NCBI GenBank assembly: GCA_018263175.1 | Contig: JADFDB010000002.1 | Coordinates: forward strand, 1-52,142 | Length of the DNA: 52,142 bases | Reading direction: 5' to 3' | DNA from: Spirochaetota bacterium | Lineage (GTDB): Bacteria > Spirochaetota > UBA4802 > UBA5368 | Shown here: piece after piece, positions 17,712 to 27,003 of the stretch | Layout: each line of letters starts with the position of its first letter | Numbering within the stretch: position 1 is the first letter of the stretch | Position numbers and translations under genes: made by a program | Notes under the pieces: model-generated | Database searches by the model: none | Seen by the model: only the letters and a program-made list of their open reading frames with translations | What the model was told of the DNA's origin: nothing

Positions 17712-18461
17712 TCAAGGCCTGCCGTTGTTGAGATAGACCTCGAGGTCGCCGAAGGAAATATGCAGGCGGACACGCTCCTCGAAATCGGCGAGGGACACGA
17801 GCGTTCCGTAATGCCTCCCCGCCACGACGTTGACCTCCTCGTGCGAAAAGAGCCCCGCGATCACCGAAAGCACCGACGCGTCCTCCGCGTCGACGTCGCC
17901 GAGTGAACGGAGGTCGAAGACGATGTTGTCGTTTCGGGCCTGCTTGAGGAAGACGGTGTTGAAGATCGTTCGGGCCTCGGCGAGCACCTCCCTGTCCTTG
18001 ATTCCCGTCTTAAAGGAAATGAGCGTGGTCCCGGCGCCGCGCGACAGGTTGATGTGCTCGGTGCGCTCTGCGGCCTCCTCGAGCCTCTGGATGCGCCCTA
18101 TGCGCAATGCCGCGTCGATCTTCTGAGTGAGCATGGCATAGGTATGAGGCTTGATGATGTAATCGACCGCACCCTGGCGCATCGCGGTGACGACATCCTC
18201 CTTCTGTGATTTGGAGGTAAGGATTATAATCGGGATGATGCGCGTGATCTCGTCCTTTTTCATCTGTTTCAGGACTTCGAAGCCGTCCATGTACGGCATC
18301 ATGATGTCGAGAAAGATGAGGTCCGGGTTCCCCGTGCGGGCAAGCTCGATGCCCTCCCGCCCGGATGAAGCGACCACCGCGCTGTGGCCCATTTTTTTTA
18401 TCTGGGCTTCGAGGAGCTTCAGCGTGTTTTTGTCGTCATCTATCGCGAGGATCAGATACAT
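17712..18461 (-). CDS. response regulator receiver fused to a STAS-like domain
   Basis: Canonical REC (AIDDD, LIFLDIMMPYMDG, ILTSKS, IIKP). The C-terminal roughly 120 aa has a STAS/anti-sigma-antagonist-like pattern. GGAGG SD. Confidence 0.8.
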   Translation of the reverse strand: MYLILAIDDDKNTLKLLEAQIKKMGHSAVVASSGREGIELARTGNPDLIFLDIMMPYMDGFEVLKQMKKDEITRIIPIIILTSKSQKEDVVTAMRQGAVDYIIKPHTYAMLTQKIDAALRIGRIQRLEEAAERTEHINLSRGAGTTLISFKTGIKDREVLAEARTIFNTVFLKQARNDNIVFDLRSLGDVDAEDASVLSVIAGLFSHEEVNVVAGRHYGTLVSLADFEERVRLHISFGDLEVYLNNGRP

Positions 18462-18564
18462 GGCACCTCCGCCGCCGATGGCGATACCAGTGCATACTGA
18501 AAAAACTCCCGCGTCAAGAGCTTTTGACCGCCGGTGCGACGCAGTGTGCGGACACCGGGAATGC

Positions 18565-19743
18565 TCAGTCGACCTGCAATAAGAGTGATTTAAGATAGGC
18601 CGTCTCGGGGCAGAAGATGCTGACGGGATGATCGGCGGGATGATGACCGGTGTGAAGAATGGAAACGGCCCTGCCCGCGTCCGCAGCGGCTCCGAACACC
18701 ACTTTTTGAAACAGGTCCATGTCGATGAAGCGCGAACACGAACAGGTGAGGACGAGGGCCCCCGGCCGGCATTTTTTTATGGTCTGCAGATTGAGCTCCT
18801 TGTAGCCGCGGCAGGCCGCGGCCACAGACTCCCTGTTTTTGGCGAAGGCCGGCGGATCGATGATGATGAGGTCGTAGGGGATGTCCTCGCCGCGCAGATA
18901 CTCGAAGGCGTCCGCGTGAACGCCGCGTGAACGGTCTCCCAGGCCGTTGAGCAGGGCGTTCCGTTCCGCCATTTGGATCGCCGGAGCGGAAACGTCTACC
19001 GAGACGGCCTCGAGCGCTCCGCCGGCGAGGGCGGCGACGCTGAAACCGCCCGTGTAGGAAAACAGGTTCAGGACCGATCGGCCCCTGGAGATACGCGCGA
19101 TGAGCGAGCGATTGTCCCGCTGGTCGATAAAAAAACCGGTCTTCTGCCCCCGCCGTACGTTCACGATGAATCGCAGGCCGTTCTCCCGGATAATGATCTC
19201 CTCCGGGGTGTTTCCAATGATCTGACCGCTTCGCCCGGCGAGCCCCTCGATCGAGCGGCCCGCATGATCGCTGCGTTCGTACATGCTATGGGGGCTATAG
19301 ACATCCTCAAGCAATCCGATAACGGTTTCCCGCATGCGCTCGATGCCGAGGGTCAGTATTTGAATGACGAGATGTTCGTCATAGCTGTCCACGATCAGGC
19401 CGGGAAGAAAATCCCCCTCCCCGAACACCGCCCGGAAGGCATTGGTCGTCACGGTGACGCCGGTGCGCTTTCTCTTTTCGATCGCGGAGAGCAGGCGCTC
19501 GCGTATGAGGGCGCCGTCGACCGCCCGGTCCCCGAAGGAGAGCATGCGAACGCTTATGCGGGATCTGCCGTTGAAGTACCCGTAGCCGAGATGAGCGCCT
19601 GAACGGTCACACACCGATACGATGGCGCCGTCGGCCGTTCCATCCTCGACCCCGGCGATGGCCCCGGAAAAAATCCAGGGATGGCGCTGGAGAACCGGTT
19701 TGTCCTTGCCGGGGCGCAGGAAGATGCGGTTGAATTCGGTCAT
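18565..19743 (-). CDS. rlmI: class I SAM-dependent 23S rRNA (cytosine-C5) methyltransferase, RlmI-like
   Basis: N-terminal PUA-like HPWIFSGAI, then SAM-binding LNLFSYTGGFSV and IIIDPPAF. The ORF was trimmed to ATG 19743 (MTEFNRIFL). Confidence 0.85.
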   Translation of the reverse strand: MTEFNRIFLRPGKDKPVLQRHPWIFSGAIAGVEDGTADGAIVSVCDRSGAHLGYGYFNGRSRISVRMLSFGDRAVDGALIRERLLSAIEKRKRTGVTVTTNAFRAVFGEGDFLPGLIVDSYDEHLVIQILTLGIERMRETVIGLLEDVYSPHSMYERSDHAGRSIEGLAGRSGQIIGNTPEEIIIRENGLRFIVNVRRGQKTGFFIDQRDNRSLIARISRGRSVLNLFSYTGGFSVAALAGGALEAVSVDVSAPAIQMAERNALLNGLGDRSRGVHADAFEYLRGEDIPYDLIIIDPPAFAKNRESVAAACRGYKELNLQTIKKCRPGALVLTCSCSRFIDMDLFQKVVFGAAADAGRAVSILHTGHHPADHPVSIFCPETAYLKSLLLQVD

Positions 19744-19762
19744 TGCAGGCCGGCCGGCGAAA

Positions 19763-20935
19763 TCATGCCGATTCGTCGCTTCCACCGCCGGCAGAGGCAA
19801 GATTGCGCTTGCGGTATTGCCCGGGGGAGAGCCCCATGTGCTTCGAGAAGACGGTGATAAAGGTCGTATTGGAATTGAAGCCGGCCGCGATGCCGACCGA
19901 GAGTATGGAGCGGTCGGGTTCGTCGACCAGAAGCGTCTTCGCTTCCTCAATTCGGTATTCGTTGACGAAGGTGCTGAAGTTTTTTTTCACGCGCTCGTTG
20001 AGTATCTGCGAGAGCTGATGGGGGCTTATGCCGAGGTCGCCGGCCAGATCCTTGAGGGAGAGCTCCTCATCGGCGAAGGCCTTTTCATCCTCCATGATCT
20101 CGCGCAGGCGCGCGAGAATGCGTTCCAGGTCGAGGCCGTGCAGACGCGAACGCTCGTAGTGCGCCTTCCTGTTCTCAATCTTCAGGAGTCGGTTATAATC
20201 GGGATGGCGCTGGGTGGCCAGGTACACGAGGCAGGTGAAGAGATTCGCCATGAGGACCGCCGCTTTAAGAAGACCGATGGAGACGAGGTCTCCGGCCACG
20301 GCAAGGATATTCGAGCTCACGATGGACAGGGCGAAGAGATAGCCCATGCGCGAAAGGCGTATGGCGCGGCAGGCCGGTTGTTTGCGCCAGATCGTGATCA
20401 TCGAAACGAGCGTGGGAAGCATGGCGAGCACGAGATAGAGTTTCGGGAGCATAAACGACGCGTACACGAGTTTGAAATACGGCGAAAGCGAGGCGAAGCT
20501 TTCCCCCAGGATGGGACGGGCATCGACGAAGCGGTTGTCCGGCTTGAGTCCATCGATAAACAGGGGAAGCGCAAGCAGGATCGCCGAAAACAGGCTCGGG
20601 ACGAAAAGCAGCAGGTACCGCCGCCGGAAGATGAAGCGATTCGAAATGATCCATTTATACCGGAGGGCCATGAGCGGCGGAACCAGAAATATGAACGGGA
20701 CGGGCAGCGTTTTAAGATGGTAGATGCCGGGCCACTGGTCGAAGATGCCGGTGGAATACAGGCTGATATGGAAGAGCCAGAGCCCCAGGCCGGCGAATGA
20801 AAAGGAATAGACGAGATGCACCGGCTCCTTGCTTTTCTGGGCGAACTGGCCAAGCGAGATCACGAACGCGAAAAGCGCCCCGAAGAACATGAGGAAATGC
20901 AGGATCGTTTCAGCCATTGGTTTTTCGGCACTCAT
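19763..20935 (-). CDS. AraC-family transcriptional regulator with a polytopic N-terminal membrane domain
   Basis: About 240 aa of TM helices, then an AraC HTH (LKDLAGDLGISPHQLSQILN ... GFNSNTTFITVFSKHMGLSPGQYRK). Confidence 0.85.
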   Translation of the reverse strand: MSAEKPMAETILHFLMFFGALFAFVISLGQFAQKSKEPVHLVYSFSFAGLGLWLFHISLYSTGIFDQWPGIYHLKTLPVPFIFLVPPLMALRYKWIISNRFIFRRRYLLLFVPSLFSAILLALPLFIDGLKPDNRFVDARPILGESFASLSPYFKLVYASFMLPKLYLVLAMLPTLVSMITIWRKQPACRAIRLSRMGYLFALSIVSSNILAVAGDLVSIGLLKAAVLMANLFTCLVYLATQRHPDYNRLLKIENRKAHYERSRLHGLDLERILARLREIMEDEKAFADEELSLKDLAGDLGISPHQLSQILNERVKKNFSTFVNEYRIEEAKTLLVDEPDRSILSVGIAAGFNSNTTFITVFSKHMGLSPGQYRKRNLASAGGGSDESA

Positions 20936-21014
20936 TCCGCATGTCTTCTGATATGATGCGAGGTGAAATCATACAATCGAAAAAAGTTCCGCAGTAAGTT
21001 TTATAATTATAATC

Positions 21015-21044
21015 TTGAAATGCCCGGGAATCCATGGTTATAAT
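21015..21044 (+). promoter_or_regulatory. sigma70-like promoter candidate for the acyl-CoA ligase gene
   Basis: TTGAAA (21015..21020), 18-nt spacer, TATAAT (21039..21044), in an AT-rich divergent intergenic region. Confidence 0.4.
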
Positions 21045-21148
21045 CCGGATAGACAATATGGTGATTATGATGCTATTATTTTGTATTGATTGCCGGACTG
21101 CCGAAGGCGCGCGGCCCGCGATCGAAGCATACAACCCCGGAGGTGATT

Positions 21149-22978
21149 ATGGCAGTGGACTATTCCAAAGAGTTTGACCGGTTTCTCGAGCGCGAAAAAC
21201 ACCTTGGTCTTATGGTGCGAAGCCGGGCAAAGAAATACGGCGATAAAAAGGTGGCGGTTCGGCACAAACCCCACGGCGAGTGGATTTCCTATAGCTGGGC
21301 CCGGTTCGGTACGATGATCGAGTCGACGGCCAGAGCCCTGCTCGATGCCGGGGCGAAGGAAAGGGAGATGGTCGGGATTTTCGCGGCGAACAGCGTGTGG
21401 TGGGCGGTGGCGGATTACGCCTGTTTCACGATCCGCGCGTGTTCGGTCCCCGTATACGCGACCAACTCGGCGAAGGAGCTGGAGTACATCGTGAACGATG
21501 CCCAGATCCGCATTCTTTTCACCGGCGATCAGGAACAGTACGAAAAGGCCATGGTGGTTAAAAAGACCTCGAAATTTTTAAAGAAGATCGTGGTTTTCGA
21601 CCCCGTGGTGAAAATCCAAAAGAGCGACGACGTGATGTACCTCGATGATTTCATGGCGCTCGGCGTTAAGGTCGGCAGGGACAAAGAACTCGGGGAGCGG
21701 ATCGCAAAGCTCGATTCGGAAGACCTTTCCACACTCATCTATACATCGGGTACGACCGGCGAGCCCAAAGGCGTCATGCTGACGCACAAGAACTGGCTCG
21801 CGATGCTCTTCGCGACCGGATACTACATTCCCATCATCGAGACCGACGTCAATCTGGCCTTCCTTCCGCTGTCGCACGTCTTCGAACGGGCATGGAGCTA
21901 CTTCATATCGTGCAACAACGGCCAGGTCGAGTATTGCCACGACACCAAGGCGATTCTTGAATTTCTCAGGGAGTCGAGGCCGCACTATATGTGCAGCGTC
22001 CCCCGCATGTGGGAGAAGGTTTACGCCACGGTGCAGGACGGCATCGCGAACGCTCCCGAGAAGAAGCAGAAGATCTTTAAATGGGCGATGGCCGTGGGCG
22101 GCGAATACCAGGGCCGCAAGCGCGACAGGAAGTTCATAGGCCCGTGGCTGGGCTTAAAGCACAAGCTGGCCTATACGCTGGTCCTTAAAAAGATCAAGAG
22201 CATCTTCGGCGGCAGAGGCAAGGTGTTCAACTGCGGCGGTTCGGCCTTCTCGGGCGAGATATCCGAGTTCTTTTTCAACGCCGGGGTGCTCCTCCTTCAG
22301 GGCTATGGCATGACCGAGTGCTTCGTCATCAGCGTGGCCAATCCCGAGCATAACAAGTTCGGCACCTGCGGTCCGGTTGTGCCGTTGATGCAGGTGAGGA
22401 TATCGCCGGAGGGCGAAATACAGGCCAAAAGCCCGAGCATGATGTCGGGGTACTGGAACAAGCCGGAGCTTTCGAAGGAGATGTTCACCGAAGACGGGTG
22501 GATAAAGACCGGGGACGTCGGTTTTATCGACGACGAAGGCTACCTCACCATCACCGACCGCATCAAGGACCTTTTCAAGACCTCGGGCGGCAAGTACGTC
22601 TCGCCCCAGCAGATCGAGACCCTGCTCAAGGAGGACATCTATTTCGAGCAGGTGGCGGCGATTGGTGACCAGCGCAAGTTCGTAACGGCGCTCATCGTGC
22701 CCGCGCTCGATCCATTGAGCAACTGGGCGAAGAGAAACAATATCTCATTCTCCTCGCGGGAGGAATTGTTGAAGAACCCGGAAGTGATAAAGATGTACCG
22801 GGAAAAGATCGACCACTACACCCGCGATCTCGGACAGGTCGAGAAGATTAAAAAGTTCACGCTGCTCGGGAAGGAGTTCACCCAGGAGGATGGTGAGATC
22901 ACCGCGACCCAGAAGATACGCCGAAAGATCATCAACCAGCGCTACAAGGATGTTATAGACGCGATGTATGCGGAGTGA
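21149..22978 (+). CDS. long-chain fatty-acid--CoA ligase (AMP-forming)
   Basis: AMP-binding signature IYTSGTTGEPKGV, GYGMTE, GWIKTGD. Start at ATG 21149, preceded by GGAGGTGA. Confidence 0.9.
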   Translation: MAVDYSKEFDRFLEREKHLGLMVRSRAKKYGDKKVAVRHKPHGEWISYSWARFGTMIESTARALLDAGAKEREMVGIFAANSVWWAVADYACFTIRACSVPVYATNSAKELEYIVNDAQIRILFTGDQEQYEKAMVVKKTSKFLKKIVVFDPVVKIQKSDDVMYLDDFMALGVKVGRDKELGERIAKLDSEDLSTLIYTSGTTGEPKGVMLTHKNWLAMLFATGYYIPIIETDVNLAFLPLSHVFERAWSYFISCNNGQVEYCHDTKAILEFLRESRPHYMCSVPRMWEKVYATVQDGIANAPEKKQKIFKWAMAVGGEYQGRKRDRKFIGPWLGLKHKLAYTLVLKKIKSIFGGRGKVFNCGGSAFSGEISEFFFNAGVLLLQGYGMTECFVISVANPEHNKFGTCGPVVPLMQVRISPEGEIQAKSPSMMSGYWNKPELSKEMFTEDGWIKTGDVGFIDDEGYLTITDRIKDLFKTSGGKYVSPQQIETLLKEDIYFEQVAAIGDQRKFVTALIVPALDPLSNWAKRNNISFSSREELLKNPEVIKMYREKIDHYTRDLGQVEKIKKFTLLGKEFTQEDGEITATQKIRRKIINQRYKDVIDAMYAE

Positions 22979-23014
22979 TTGGCGCGCCGCAAGGCGCTGA
23001 TTTCCCATAATTGA

Positions 23015-23045
23015 GCGGCGGGACGCGTGTCCCGCCGTTTCTTTG
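23015..23045 (+). terminator. rho-independent terminator candidate
   Basis: GGCGGGAC-GCGT-GTCCCGCC stem-loop (23017..23036) followed by GTTTCTTTG, 37 nt after the ligase stop. Confidence 0.6.
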
Positions 23046-23143
23046 TCTTGACTTCGGGCCGCCTTCCATGGAACATATTCCTGCGGTTTGTGCACGGCAG
23101 GCCGGGCCGCCGGTAAACTGAATGAACGCCTTGTCGCCAGACC

Positions 23144-23515
23144 ATGCGAAAGAGTGATGGATATCCAAACCGATTGCGCGGCGCGCTCAGCGGCGCTCCG
23201 CGGCGGAAAACAAACGCGGATGCCTCCGGCCGCACCAGGGCGATGGTTGCGGCCGCCGCTCTGATTTTAATCGCACTGATCATTCTGCTTTTTCGAACCT
23301 GCGGACCCCGCACGCGCGGGCCGATCGAGAGTGGGCCTGGGGAAGATCGCCTGAGTGTGCCGGATGGAACGGCGGATCGGGCACTCCTGCGGACGAAGAA
23401 GTCGCCGCGCGCCGAAACGGTTCCGATAGATGAGGACAGGGATCTGCCGGCGGGATCCCCCAGATACGAGGGGCCGGTGGATCTCGGGACGCAGGTCGAG
23501 ATGCTGACAAAATAG
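23144..23515 (+). CDS. hypothetical membrane-anchored protein
   Basis: One TM segment (MVAAAALILIALIILLF). The rest is a charged, Pro-rich tail. No family recognised. The start could be the internal ATG at 23243. Confidence 0.3.
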   Translation: MRKSDGYPNRLRGALSGAPRRKTNADASGRTRAMVAAAALILIALIILLFRTCGPRTRGPIESGPGEDRLSVPDGTADRALLRTKKSPRAETVPIDEDRDLPAGSPRYEGPVDLGTQVEMLTK

Positions 23516-23550
23516 ATCGCCGGCATATGGCCGGATGATCACCACCGGGG

Positions 23551-24465
23551 GTGATGGCGATGAATGGAACGGGGCGGTCGTTGAAAATCGGTTTGGTGCT
23601 GCTTGCGGTCGTTGCACTGCTCTTCAGCGGTGCTGCGTGGTATTTCAGCTCGGTGCTTATGCATCCGGGGCCTTTTGAATGCACGAAAGAACACTTCGTG
23701 TACTGCGGAGATCCGCTGGAACAGGGAATCCCCTTCGAAAAAATAGAATTTCAAAGCCCGGACGGACTGATTATTCGCGGATGGTATATGCCGGCCGGAA
23801 AGTCGACGAAGGCGGTCGTGTTTGCACACGGCCGGGGGGCGAACCGAAATGAGGGGATGCGCTTCGCCGGATCGCTGCACGACGCCGGGTATGCACTCCT
23901 CACCTTCGACTTCAGACACTGTGGGGAGAGTGCAAAATCCTTCAACTCGATGGGTTTCCACGAGAAGAAGGATGTAATCGCCGCGGTGGATTTTTTGGAA
24001 AATAAAAAGGGAATGAAAGGCATCGGCCTGATGGGATGGTCGCAGGGCGCCTCCACGGGAATTCTCGCCATGGCGGAAGATAAACGCATAAAGGCCGGGA
24101 TTTTCGAGGGAGGTTTCGCGAACGCCGCCGACGTGATCGCCGAGGGGGCTGCACGCGATTTCGGCCTGCCGCGCCTGCCACTTCTTCCCGTCGTTCTATG
24201 GCTGTACGGTGTCCGTGGGAAACTCGACACCGACGCGATGAACCCGGAGAAGGCCATCGGAACGATCGCGCCGAGACCGGTATACATCATCCATGGCGAT
24301 GCCGACACCATGGTGTACTACAGCCACGGCGAACGCATCTACAAAGCGGCCGGGCAGCCGAAACAGATGTGGACGGTGAAGGGGGGCCCCCATGTCGAAT
24401 GCTGGCAGATGGATCGTAAGCGTGCAGAGGGCTCAGTAAAGGAGTTCTTTAAGAAGTATCTCTGA
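23551..24465 (+). CDS. alpha/beta-fold hydrolase with N-terminal membrane anchor
   Basis: Nucleophile elbow GWSQGA, IIHGDADTMV and GGPHVE in canonical order, plus an N-terminal TM helix. Confidence 0.85.
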   Translation: MMAMNGTGRSLKIGLVLLAVVALLFSGAAWYFSSVLMHPGPFECTKEHFVYCGDPLEQGIPFEKIEFQSPDGLIIRGWYMPAGKSTKAVVFAHGRGANRNEGMRFAGSLHDAGYALLTFDFRHCGESAKSFNSMGFHEKKDVIAAVDFLENKKGMKGIGLMGWSQGASTGILAMAEDKRIKAGIFEGGFANAADVIAEGAARDFGLPRLPLLPVVLWLYGVRGKLDTDAMNPEKAIGTIAPRPVYIIHGDADTMVYYSHGERIYKAAGQPKQMWTVKGGPHVECWQMDRKRAEGSVKEFFKKYL

Positions 24466-24488
24466 TTGCTCAGTGCGTGTGTGAACAG

Positions 24489-25814
24489 ATGGAGCCCATG
24501 GAAGATCATACTTACAGCGTTTCCGAGATAACCCGCCTCCTTAAAAAGAGCATCGAGGGCAATCCGGAATTCACGAGCGTGTGGGTTAAGGGGGAGCTCT
24601 CAAACGTCACCTACCATTCGTCGGGGCATATCTACTTCACGCTGAAAGACGAGCAGGCCGTGCTCTCGTCGGCGTTTTTCAAGTACGCGAATAAAAGCCT
24701 TTCGTTCAGACTCGAGGAGGGGATGAGCGTGCTCACCCTGGGCTCGTTCACGGTGTACGAAAAGCGCGGCAACTACCAGTTCATCGTCACGCAGATGCGG
24801 CTCGAGGGAATCGGCGAGCTCCTCAAGCGCATCGAGCAGCTCAAGAAAAGGCTTCTGGAGGAAGGGGCGCTCGATGCGGCGCGGAAAAAAGAGAAGCCCT
24901 TCCTTCCACGGAGGATCGGCGTGGTCACGTCACCGACAGGTGCGGCGATAAGGGACATCATAAAGGTGGCCATGCGGCGTTTCCCCAATATCGAGATCGT
25001 GCTCGCGCCCGCCAGGGTGCAGGGCACGGACGCCGTTGCCTCCATCGTCCGGGGAATCGAAGAGCTCGGCCGGCCCGTTCACTCGATCGACCTCATAATC
25101 TGCGGCAGGGGCGGCGGCTCGTTCGAGGACCTGATGCCGTTCAACGAGGAGCCGGTGGTGCGGGCGATCCTCGCCTCGCGTGTACCGGTTATCTCGGCGG
25201 TCGGCCACCAGATCGACCACCCGCTGTCGGACGATGCCGCGGATTACTCGGCTCCCACGCCGTCGGCCGCCGCTGAGATCGCCGTGCCGGTTAAAAGCGA
25301 GCTCGTGGAGGAGATCGATTATCTTTTTATCAGGGCACAGACGGCGCTTGCCGCCCGGATGACCCGTGTGGCCGAACGACTATCGGGCATTGCGGCGCTG
25401 CGCTGCTTCCGCAACCCGCGGGAAATCGTCGCCATGCGCGAGCTCGAGCTCGTCGACCTCGAACAGAGGATAAGCGGAACGCTGAAAGACAGGGTCGCCG
25501 CGGGCCGGCAGGGGCTGCTCGCGCTTCCCGACCTGTACCGCCTGTGGAGATCGGAGGCACGGGAGCGGCGCTCACGCCTCGACGTGGCGTGGGGTGCGGT
25601 CGAGAAGCTCTCGCCGCGCGGCGTGCTCGCACGCGGCTATTCGCTCGCGACCGACGAGCGTGGTCGGATAATCAAAAGCATAAGGACGGTGAGCCCGGGC
25701 GGGTCGATCGGGGTGATGGTGGCCGATGGCTCGATGGGATGCACGGTGAATACCATACAACGCGAGGTGCACGGTGGAAAAGAAAACGCCGGCGAAGGGG
25801 AAGCCAAGCTTTGA
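24489..25814 (+). CDS. xseA: exodeoxyribonuclease VII large subunit
   Basis: OB-fold N-terminus [24 protein letters not shown] and the GRGGGS catalytic region. The start is ambiguous: GTG 24477, ATG 24489, or ATG 24498 with GGAG upstream. Confidence 0.9.
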   Translation: MEPMEDHTYSVSEITRLLKKSIEGNPEFTSVWVKGELSNVTYHSSGHIYFTLKDEQAVLSSAFFKYANKSLSFRLEEGMSVLTLGSFTVYEKRGNYQFIVTQMRLEGIGELLKRIEQLKKRLLEEGALDAARKKEKPFLPRRIGVVTSPTGAAIRDIIKVAMRRFPNIEIVLAPARVQGTDAVASIVRGIEELGRPVHSIDLIICGRGGGSFEDLMPFNEEPVVRAILASRVPVISAVGHQIDHPLSDDAADYSAPTPSAAAEIAVPVKSELVEEIDYLFIRAQTALAARMTRVAERLSGIAALRCFRNPREIVAMRELELVDLEQRISGTLKDRVAAGRQGLLALPDLYRLWRSEARERRSRLDVAWGAVEKLSPRGVLARGYSLATDERGRIIKSIRTVSPGGSIGVMVADGSMGCTVNTIQREVHGGKENAGEGEAKL

Positions 25815-26070
25815 GAAGGCGCTCGGGGAGCTCGAAAAGATAGCGGAACGCCTGGAGGATGGAAGCCTCGGCCTCGAGGAGTCGATAGCGGAGTTCGAGC
25901 GGGGCTCGAGGCTCGCCCGGTACTGTCGTGAGAAACTCGACGAGGCCGAACGCAGGATCGAGATACTCCAGAAGGGCAAGGATGGGGCCGTCGAGAAGAG
26001 GGCCGTACGGGTGAAGCCGGACACCGGCGAGATCGATGACGATGAAGACCTGCAGGGTTCGCTTCTGTAG
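25774..26070 (+). CDS. xseB: exodeoxyribonuclease VII small subunit
   Basis: [32 protein letters not shown] is the typical XseB core. GTG start with GAGGTG SD. Overlaps the xseA 3' end. Confidence 0.85.
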   Translation: MEKKTPAKGKPSFEKALGELEKIAERLEDGSLGLEESIAEFERGSRLARYCREKLDEAERRIEILQKGKDGAVEKRAVRVKPDTGEIDDDEDLQGSLL

Positions 26071-26105
26071 CGGGGAACCGGTGAAAATTGTGCAGTGAGG
26101 ACGCG

Positions 26106-26486
26106 ATGAAGAACACACTGACCGTATGCCTTGCGATGTTTTTATTCGTTTCGTGCAAACCGGCGCAGACGGTTTCCTTCTGCGAGGGGGTGACCCCCGA
26201 GGGGAAGGGCTCGGGCTGCGGCCCGCGGTTTACGACGGGCGAGGTCACGATGCTCGTCAGCCTCAAACAGCGCTTCGAAGTCGATACGCTGGCCGTTAAA
26301 ATCCATGAACGCTCCGAGACGAAGGACCGTCTCGTGGATTCCTTCAGCTTCAGCGTCGATCCGGAAAAACAGTCGGCGACGACGAACCTGTCGTTCTATA
26401 ACGAGGGCAGATACCGCGTAACGGTGACCGGGAAGGAGTTGAAAGTTCTCGGGGAGGCCGAGATAGAGGTGGTCGACACCTATTGA
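26106..26486 (+). CDS. lipoprotein, unknown function
   Basis: MKNTLTVCLAMFLFVSC signal peptide with a lipobox Cys. 126 aa. Confidence 0.65.
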   Translation: MKNTLTVCLAMFLFVSCKPAQTVSFCEGVTPEGKGSGCGPRFTTGEVTMLVSLKQRFEVDTLAVKIHERSETKDRLVDSFSFSVDPEKQSATTNLSFYNEGRYRVTVTGKELKVLGEAEIEVVDTY

Positions 26487-26974
26487 CCGGCGGGCTCCTC
26501 CCGCTTGCGCCGTTTCTCTTCGCGGTAGTAGTAGATGAGCAGGAGGAAGGCGCCGATGACGATCGCGGCGTCGGCGACGTTGAACGCGGGCCAGCGGAAC
26601 ACCGCGTCGTCCCCGATGTAGATGAAATCGACAACGCCCGGTTTGCCGAGAACCCGGTCGAGAATATTGCCCACCGCGCCCGACATCACGAGGGCCATGG
26701 CGCCGCAGAAGAGCGGCGTTTTTTGTTTTTCGAGGCCGTAGTACACCACGAGCATCGTAAGTACCAGGATCGAAACGATCAGAAAAAACGCCTGGTATCC
26801 CTGCAGAATGCCGAAGAGGCCGCCGCGGTTGTAGAGGAGCGTGAGCTGGACGAAGCTCCCGACGACGTCGATCCGCTCGTGCAGGCCGATGTGGGCCACC
26901 GCGAGTTCCTTGGTGATGATGTCGAGCGCAAGCGATACGGCGAACAGTATTCCGGCAATGACATGTTTTTTCAT
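26480..26974 (-). CDS. lspA: lipoprotein signal peptidase (signal peptidase II)
   Basis: YNRGGLFG and FNVADAAI motifs, 4 TM segments, immediately downstream of ileS. Trimmed to ATG 26974 (MKKHVIAG). Confidence 0.9.
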   Translation of the reverse strand: MKKHVIAGILFAVSLALDIITKELAVAHIGLHERIDVVGSFVQLTLLYNRGGLFGILQGYQAFFLIVSILVLTMLVVYYGLEKQKTPLFCGAMALVMSGAVGNILDRVLGKPGVVDFIYIGDDAVFRWPAFNVADAAIVIGAFLLLIYYYREEKRRKREEPAGQ

Positions 26975-27003
26975 CGATATCCCCGTTTGTTGTCCAGACG
27001 CGG

